Source: Antedon mediterranea (Eukaryota > Animalia > Echinodermata). From it: 64,000 nucleotides of DNA. The notes under the pieces are model-generated. The model saw nothing but the letters and a program-made list of their open reading frames with translations. It had not been told where the DNA came from and ran no database searches. The position numbers and the translations under genes are program-made. The stretch covers positions 12,448,771 through 12,512,770 of the forward strand of contig NC_092676.1 in assembly GCF_964355755.1 (NCBI RefSeq), written 5' to 3'. Positions 57,301 to 64,000 of this stretch are shown here, piece by piece; position 1 is the stretch's first letter, and each line of letters opens with the position of its first letter.

Positions 57301-60300
57301 CTTAAAATCACATTTGAAACCGTTTTAGAGCATTTTGAGCATTTCGATAAAACTTTTCACACAAAAACATCAAAGTGTACAAAATAGCTTAAAATCACAT
57401 TTGAAACCGTTTTAGACTATTTTGAGCATTTCGATAAAACTTTTCACACAAAAACATCAAAGTGTACAAAATAGCTTCAAATCGCATTTGGAGACGTTTT
57501 AGACCATTTTGTGCATTTCGATGAAACTTGGTTACACAAAAACATCAAAGTGCTTAAAATTACATTTGAAAGCGTTTTAGAGCATTTTGAGCATTTCGAT
57601 AATACTTTTCACACAAAAACATCAAAGTGTACAAAATAGCTTCAAATCGCATTTGGAGACGTTTTAGACCATTTTGTGCATTTCGATGAAACTTGGTTAC
57701 ACAAAAACATCAAAGTGCTTAAAATCACATTTGAAACCGTTTTAGACCATTTTGAGCGTGTCGATAAAACTTTTCACACAAAAAAATCAGAGTGCACTAA
57801 ATAGCTTCAAATCGCATTTGGAGACGTTTTAGACCATTTTGTGCATATCGATGAAACTTGGTTACACAAAAACATCAAAGTGCTTAAAATCACATTTGAA
57901 ATCGTTTTAGACCATTTTGAGCGTTTCGATAAAACTTTTCACACAAAAAAATCAGAGTGCACAAAATAGCTTCAAATCGCATTTGGAGACGTTTTAGACT
58001 ATTTTGTGCATTTCGAAAAAATTTGTTAACATAAAAAGACCAAAGTGTTTAGAATATCTCCAAATCGCATTTGGAGACGTTTTAAACCATTTTGTGCATT
58101 TCGATGGAACTTGGTTACACAAAAACATCAAAGTGCTTAAAATCACATTTAAAACCGTTTTAGAGCATTTTGAGCATTTCGATAAAACTTTTCACACAAA
58201 AACATCAAAGTGTACAAAATAGCTTCAAATCGCATTTAGAGAGGTTTTAGACCATTTTGTGCATTTCGATAAAACTTTTCACACAAAAACATCAAAGTGT
58301 ACAAAATAGCTTCAAATCGCATTTAGAGACGTTTTAGACCATTTTGTGCATTTCGATAAAACTTTTCACACAAAAACATCAAATTGCACAAAATAGCTTA
58401 ATATCGTGTTTGAAAACGTTTTAGACCATTTTGAGCATGTCGATAAAACTTTTCACACAAAAACATAAAAGTGAACAGAATAGCTTCAAATTGCATTTGG
58501 AGACGTTTTAGAGCATTTTGTGCATTTCGATAAAATGTGTTAACATAAAAAGACCAAAGTGTTTAGAATATCTTCAAATCACATTTGGAGACGTTTTAGA
58601 CCATTTTTTGCATTTCGATGAAACTTGGTTTCACAAAAACATCAAAGTGCTTAAAATCACATTTAAAACCGTTTCAGAGCATTTTGAGCATTTCGATAAA
58701 ACTTTTCACACAAAAACATCAAAGTTTACAAAATAGCTTCAAATCGCATTTAGAGAGGTTTTAGACCATTTTGTGCATTTCGATAAAACTTTTCACACAA
58801 AAACATCAAAGTGTACAAAATAACTTCAAATCGCATTTAGAGACGTTTTAGACCATTTTGTGCATTTTGATAAAACTTTTCACACAAAAACATCAAAGTG
58901 CACAAAATAGCTTCAAATCGCATTTAGAGATGTTTTAGACCATTTTGTGCATTTCGATAAAACTTTTCACACAAAAACATCAAATTGCACAAAATAGCTT
59001 AATACCGTGTTTGAAATCGTTTTAAACCATTTTGAGCATGTCGATAAAACTTTTCACAAAAAAACATCAAAGTGCACAGAATAGCTTCAAATCGCATTTG
59101 GAGACGTTTTAAACCATTTTGTGCATTTCGATAAAACTTTTCACATAAAAACATCAAAGTGTCCAAAATAGCTTCAAATCGCATTTAGAGACGTTTTAGA
59201 CCATTTTGGGCATTTATAAAAGTGCTTAAAATCACATTTCAAACCGTTTTAGAGCATTTTGAGCATTTCGATAAAACTTTTCACACAAAAACATCAAAGT
59301 GCACAAAATAGCTTCAAATCGCATTTAGAGATGTTTTAGACCATTTTGTGCATTTCGATAAAACTTTTCACACAAAAACATAAAAGTGAACAGAATAGCT
59401 TCAAATTGCATTTGGAGACGTTTTAGAGCATTTTGTGCATTTCGATAAAATGTGTTAACATAAAAAGACCAAAGTGTTTAGAATATCTTCAAATCACATT
59501 TGGAGACGTTTTAGACCATTTTTGGCATTTCGATGAAACTTGGTTACACAAAAACATCAAAGTGCTTAAAATCACATTTAAAACCGTTTTAGAGCATTTT
59601 GAGCATTTCGATAAAACTTTTCACACAAAAACATCAAAGTGTACAAAATAGCTTCAAATCGCATTTAGAGAGGTTTTAGACCATTTTGTGCATTTCGATA
59701 AAACTTTTCACACAAAAACATCAAAGTGTACAAAATAACTTCAAATCGTATTTAGAGACGTTTTAGACCATTTTGTGCATTTTGATAAAACTTTTCACAC
59801 AAAAACATCAAATTGCACAAAATAGCTTAATATCGTGTTTGAAAACGTTTTAAACCATTTTGAGCATGTCGATAAAACTTTTCACACAAAAATATCAAAG
59901 TGCACAGAATATCTTCAAATCGCATTTAGAGACGTTTTAGACCATTTTGTGCATTTCGAAAAAATTTGTTAACATAAAAAGACCAAAGTGTTTAGAATAT
60001 CTCCAAATCGCATTTGGAGACGTTTTAGACCATTTTGTGTTTTTCGAAAAACTTTTCACACAAAAACATCAAAGTGTAGAAAATTGCTTCAAATCGCATT
60101 TAGAGACGTTTTAGACCATTTTGTGCATTTCGAAAAAACTTTTTAAAATAAAAACACCAAAGTGCTTAGAATAGCTTCAAATCGCATTTGGAGACGTTTT
60201 AGACCATTTTGTGCATTTCGATGAAACTTGGTTACACAAAAACATCAAAGTGCTTAAAATCACATTTGAAACCGTTTTAGAGCATTTTGAGCATTTCGAT

Positions 60301-61000
60301 AAAACTTTTCACACAAAAACATCAAAGTGTACAAAATAGCTTCAAATCACATTTGAAACCGTTTTAGACTATTTTGAGCATTTCGATAAAACTTTTCACA
60401 CAAAAACATCAAAGTGTACAAAATAGCTTCAAATCGCATTTGGAGACGTTTTAGACCATTTTGTGCATTTCGATGAAACTTGGTTACACAAAAACATCAA
60501 AGTGCTTAAAATTACATTTGAAACCGTTTTAGACCATTTTGAGCATTTCGATAAAACTTTTCACACAAAAACATCAAAGTGTACAAAATAGCTTCAAATC
60601 GCATTTGGAGACGTTTTAGACCATTTTGTGCATTTCGATGAAACTTGGTTACACAAAAACATCAAAGTGCTTAAAATCACATTTGAAACCGTTTTAGAGC
60701 ATTTTTAGCATTTCGATAATACTTTTCACACAAAACATCAAAGTGTACAAAATAGCTTCAAATCGCATTTGGAGACGTTTTAGACCATTTTGTGCATTTC
60801 GATGAAACTTGGTTACACAAAAACATCAAAGTGCTTAAAATCACATTTGAAACCGTTTTAGACCATTTTGAGCATTTCGATAAAACTTTTCACACAAAAA
60901 AATCAAAGTGCACAAAATAGCTTCAAATCGCATTTGGGGACGTTTTAGACTATTTTGTGCATTTCGAAAAAAATTGTTAACATAAAAAGACCAAAGTGTT
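45380..61000 (+). repeat. Large intra-array duplication, copy 2 (no MITE); start approximate
   Basis: As for copy 1. The empty TTAA site is at 47375, and there is a hybrid E/A junction CCAAAGTGTT|CAAAATAGC at 61000/61001. Confidence 0.92.
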
Positions 61001-64000
61001 CAAAATAGCTTCAAATCGCATTTAGAGACGTTTTAGACCATTTTTTGCATTTCGATGAAACTTGGTTACACAAAATCATCAAAGTGCTTAAAATCACATT
61101 TAAAACCGTTTTAGAGCATTTTTAGCATTTCGATAAAACTTTTCACACAAAAACATCAAAGTGTACAAAATAGCTTCAAATCGCATTTAGAGAGGTTTTA
61201 GACAATTTTGTGCATTTCGATAAAACTTTTCACACAAAAACATCAAAGTGTACAAAATAGCTTCAAATTGCATTTAGAGACGTTTTAGACCATTTTGTGC
61301 ATTTCGATAAAACTTTTCACACAAAAACATCAAATTGCACAAAATCGTTTTAAACCATTTTAAATCGTTTTAAACCATTTTGAGCATTTCGATAAAACTT
61401 TTCACAAAAAACATCAAAGTGCACAGAATAGCTTCAAATTGCATTTGGAGACGTTTTAGAGCATTTTGTGCATTTCGATAAAATGTGTTAACATAAAAAG
61501 ACCAAAGTGTTTAGAATATCTTCAAATCACATTTGGAGACGTTTTAGACCATTTTTTGCATTTCGATGAAACTTGGTTACACAAAAACATCAAAGTGCTT
61601 AAAATCACATTTGAAACCGTTTTAGAGCATTTTGAGCATTTCGATAAAACTTTTCACACAAAAACATCAAAGTGTACAAAATAGCTTCAAATCGCATTTA
61701 GAGACGTTTTAGACCATTTTGTGCATTTCGAAAAAATTTGTTAACATAAAAAGACCAAAGTGTTTAGAATATCTCCAAATCGCATTTGGAGACGTTTTAG
61801 ACCATTTTGTGCATTTCGATGAAACTTGGTTACACAAAAACATCAAAGTGCTTAAAATCACATTTGAAACCGTTTTAGAGCATTTTTAGCATTTCGATAA
61901 TACTTTTCACACAAGAACATCAAAGTGTACAAAATAGCTTCAAATCGCATTTGGAGACGTTTTAGACCATTTTGTGCATTTCGATGAAACTTGGTTACAC
62001 AAAAACATCAAGGTGCTTAAAATCACATTTGAAACCGTTTTAGACCACTTTGAGCATTTCGATAAAACTTTTCACACAAAAAAATCAAAGTGCACAAAAT
62101 AGCTTCAAATCGCATTTGGAGACGTTTTAGACTATTTTGTGCATTTTGAAAAAATTTGTTAACATAAAAAGACCAAAGTGTTTAGAATATCTCCAAATCG
62201 CATTTGGAGACGTTTTAAACCATTTTGTGCATTTCGATGGAACTTGGTTACACAAAAACATCAAAGTGCTTAAAATCACATTTAAAACCGTTTTAGAGCA
62301 TTTTGAGCATTTCGATAAAACTTTTCACACAAAAACATCAAAGTGTACAAAATAGCTTCAAATCGCATTTAGAGAGGTTTTAGACCATTTTGTGCATTTC
62401 GATAAAACTTTACACACAAAAACATCAAAGTGTACAAAATAGCTTCAAATCGCATTTAGAGAGGTTTTAGACCATTTTGTGCATTTCGATAAAACTTTTC
62501 ACACAAAAACATCAAATTGCACAAAATAGCTTAATATCGTGTTTGAAAACGTTTTAAACCATTTTGAGCATGTCGATAAAACTTTTCACACAAAAATATC
62601 AAAGCGCACAGAATATCTTCAAATCGCATTTAGAGACGTTTTAGACCATTTTGTGCATTTCGAAAAAATTTGTTAACATAAAATGACCAAAGTGTTTAGA
62701 ATATCTCCAAATCGCATTTGGAGACGTTTTAGACCATTTTGTGCATTTCGATGAAACTTGATTACACAAAAACATCAAAGTGCTTAAAATCACATTTAAA
62801 ACCGTTTTAGAGCGTTTTGAGCATTTCGATAAACTTTTCACACAAAAACATCAAAGTGCACAAAATAGCTTCAAATCGCATTTAGAGATGTTTTAGACCA
62901 TTTTGTGCATTTCGATAAAACTTTTCACACAAAAACATCAAATTGCACAAAAAAGCTTAATACCGTGTTTGAAATCGTTTTAAACCAATTTCAGCATGTC
63001 GAAAAAACTTTTCACACAAAAACATCAAAGTGCACAGAATATCTTCAAATCGCATTTAGAGACGTTTTAGACCATTTTGTGCATTTCGAAAAAATTTGTT
63101 AACATAAAAAGACCAAAGTGTTTAGAATATCTCCAAATCGCATTTGGAGACGTTTTAGACCATTTTGTGCATTTCGATGAAACTTGGTTACACAAAAACA
63201 TCAAAGTGCTTAAAATCACATTTGAAACCGTTTTAGAGCATTTTGAGCATTTCGATAAAACTTTTCACACAAAAACATCAAAGTGTACAAAATAGCTTCA
63301 AATCACATTTGAAACCGTTTTAGACCATTTTGAGTATTTCGATAAAACTTTTCACACAAAAACATCAAAGTGTACAAAATAGCTTCAAATCGCATTTGGA
63401 GACGTTTTAGACCATTTTGTGCATTTCGATGAAACTTGGTTACACAAAAACATCAAAGTGCTTAAAATCACATTTGAAACCGTTTTAGAGCATTTTTAGC
63501 ATTTCGATAATACTTTTCACACAAAAACATCAAGGTGTACAAAATAGCTTCAAATCGCATTTGGAGACGTTTTAGACCATTTTGTGCATTTCGATGAAAC
63601 TTGGTTACACAAAAACATCAAAGTGCTTAAAATCACATTTGAAATCGTTTTAGACCATTTTGAGCATTTCGATAAAACTTTTCACACAAAAAAATCAAAG
63701 TGCACAAAATACCTTCAAATCGCATTTGGAGACGTTTTAGACTATTTTGTGCATTTCGAAAAAATTTGTTAACATAAAAAGACCAAAGTGTTTAGAATAT
63801 CTCCAAATCGCATTTGGAGACGTTTTAAATCATTTTGTGCATTTCGATGGAACTTGGTTACACAAAAACATCAAAGTGCTTAAAATCACATTTAAAACCG
63901 TTTTAGAGCATTTTGAGCATTTCGATAAAACTTTTCACACAAAAACATCAAAGTGTACAAAATAGCTTCAAATCGCATTTAGAGAGGTTTTAGACCATTT

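Larger units (their letters stand above)
14523..64000 (+). repeat. Same satellite array, right of the MITE; continues beyond the window end
   Basis: The array resumes in exact phase (TTAATATCGTGTTTGAAAACG) after the insertion. I saw no other unique sequence and no inversion up to 64000. Confidence 0.98.

Noticed and set aside
133-63965. Many 61-143 aa ORFs (MCISKKFVNIKRPK..., MRFEAIL..., etc.), including the 143-aa ORFs at 20337 and 53189
   Set aside because: They are translations of the satellite. The 87- and 78-bp monomers are multiples of 3, so frames run on by chance. Starts are often TTG/GTG, and paralogous copies are freely broken by stops and frameshifts.
1-64000. CRISPR-like or diversity-generating repeat array
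   Set aside because: There are no unique spacers, since the whole unit is repeated, and there is no cas or reverse transcriptase gene.

Overview
The window is non-coding eukaryotic satellite DNA. It is one head-to-tail, single-orientation, AT-rich array (consensus about 32% GC) of roughly 740-750 monomers, estimated from length. Phased at TTTCGA there are four main monomer classes: A (87 bp), B (78 bp), D (87 bp) and E (88 bp). They are arranged in irregular higher-order blocks and nested duplications from 174 bp up to about 16 kb, with a super-period of about 30-33.5 kb. The only non-satellite sequence is a 626-bp non-autonomous DNA transposon (13897-14522) with a TTAA target-site duplication and AG...CT imperfect TIRs, which best fits a Kolobok/T2-type MITE. 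Two paralogous empty sites (1369 and 47375) fix its boundaries exactly and suggest a very recent insertion. All ORFs in the track are translations of the satellite. I see no protein-coding gene, RNA gene, CRISPR array or multi-gene system. The interest lies in the young MITE, the monomer architecture (10-bp phasing, dyads, monomer grammar) and the duplication history. Centromeric function and the organism cannot be established from sequence alone.
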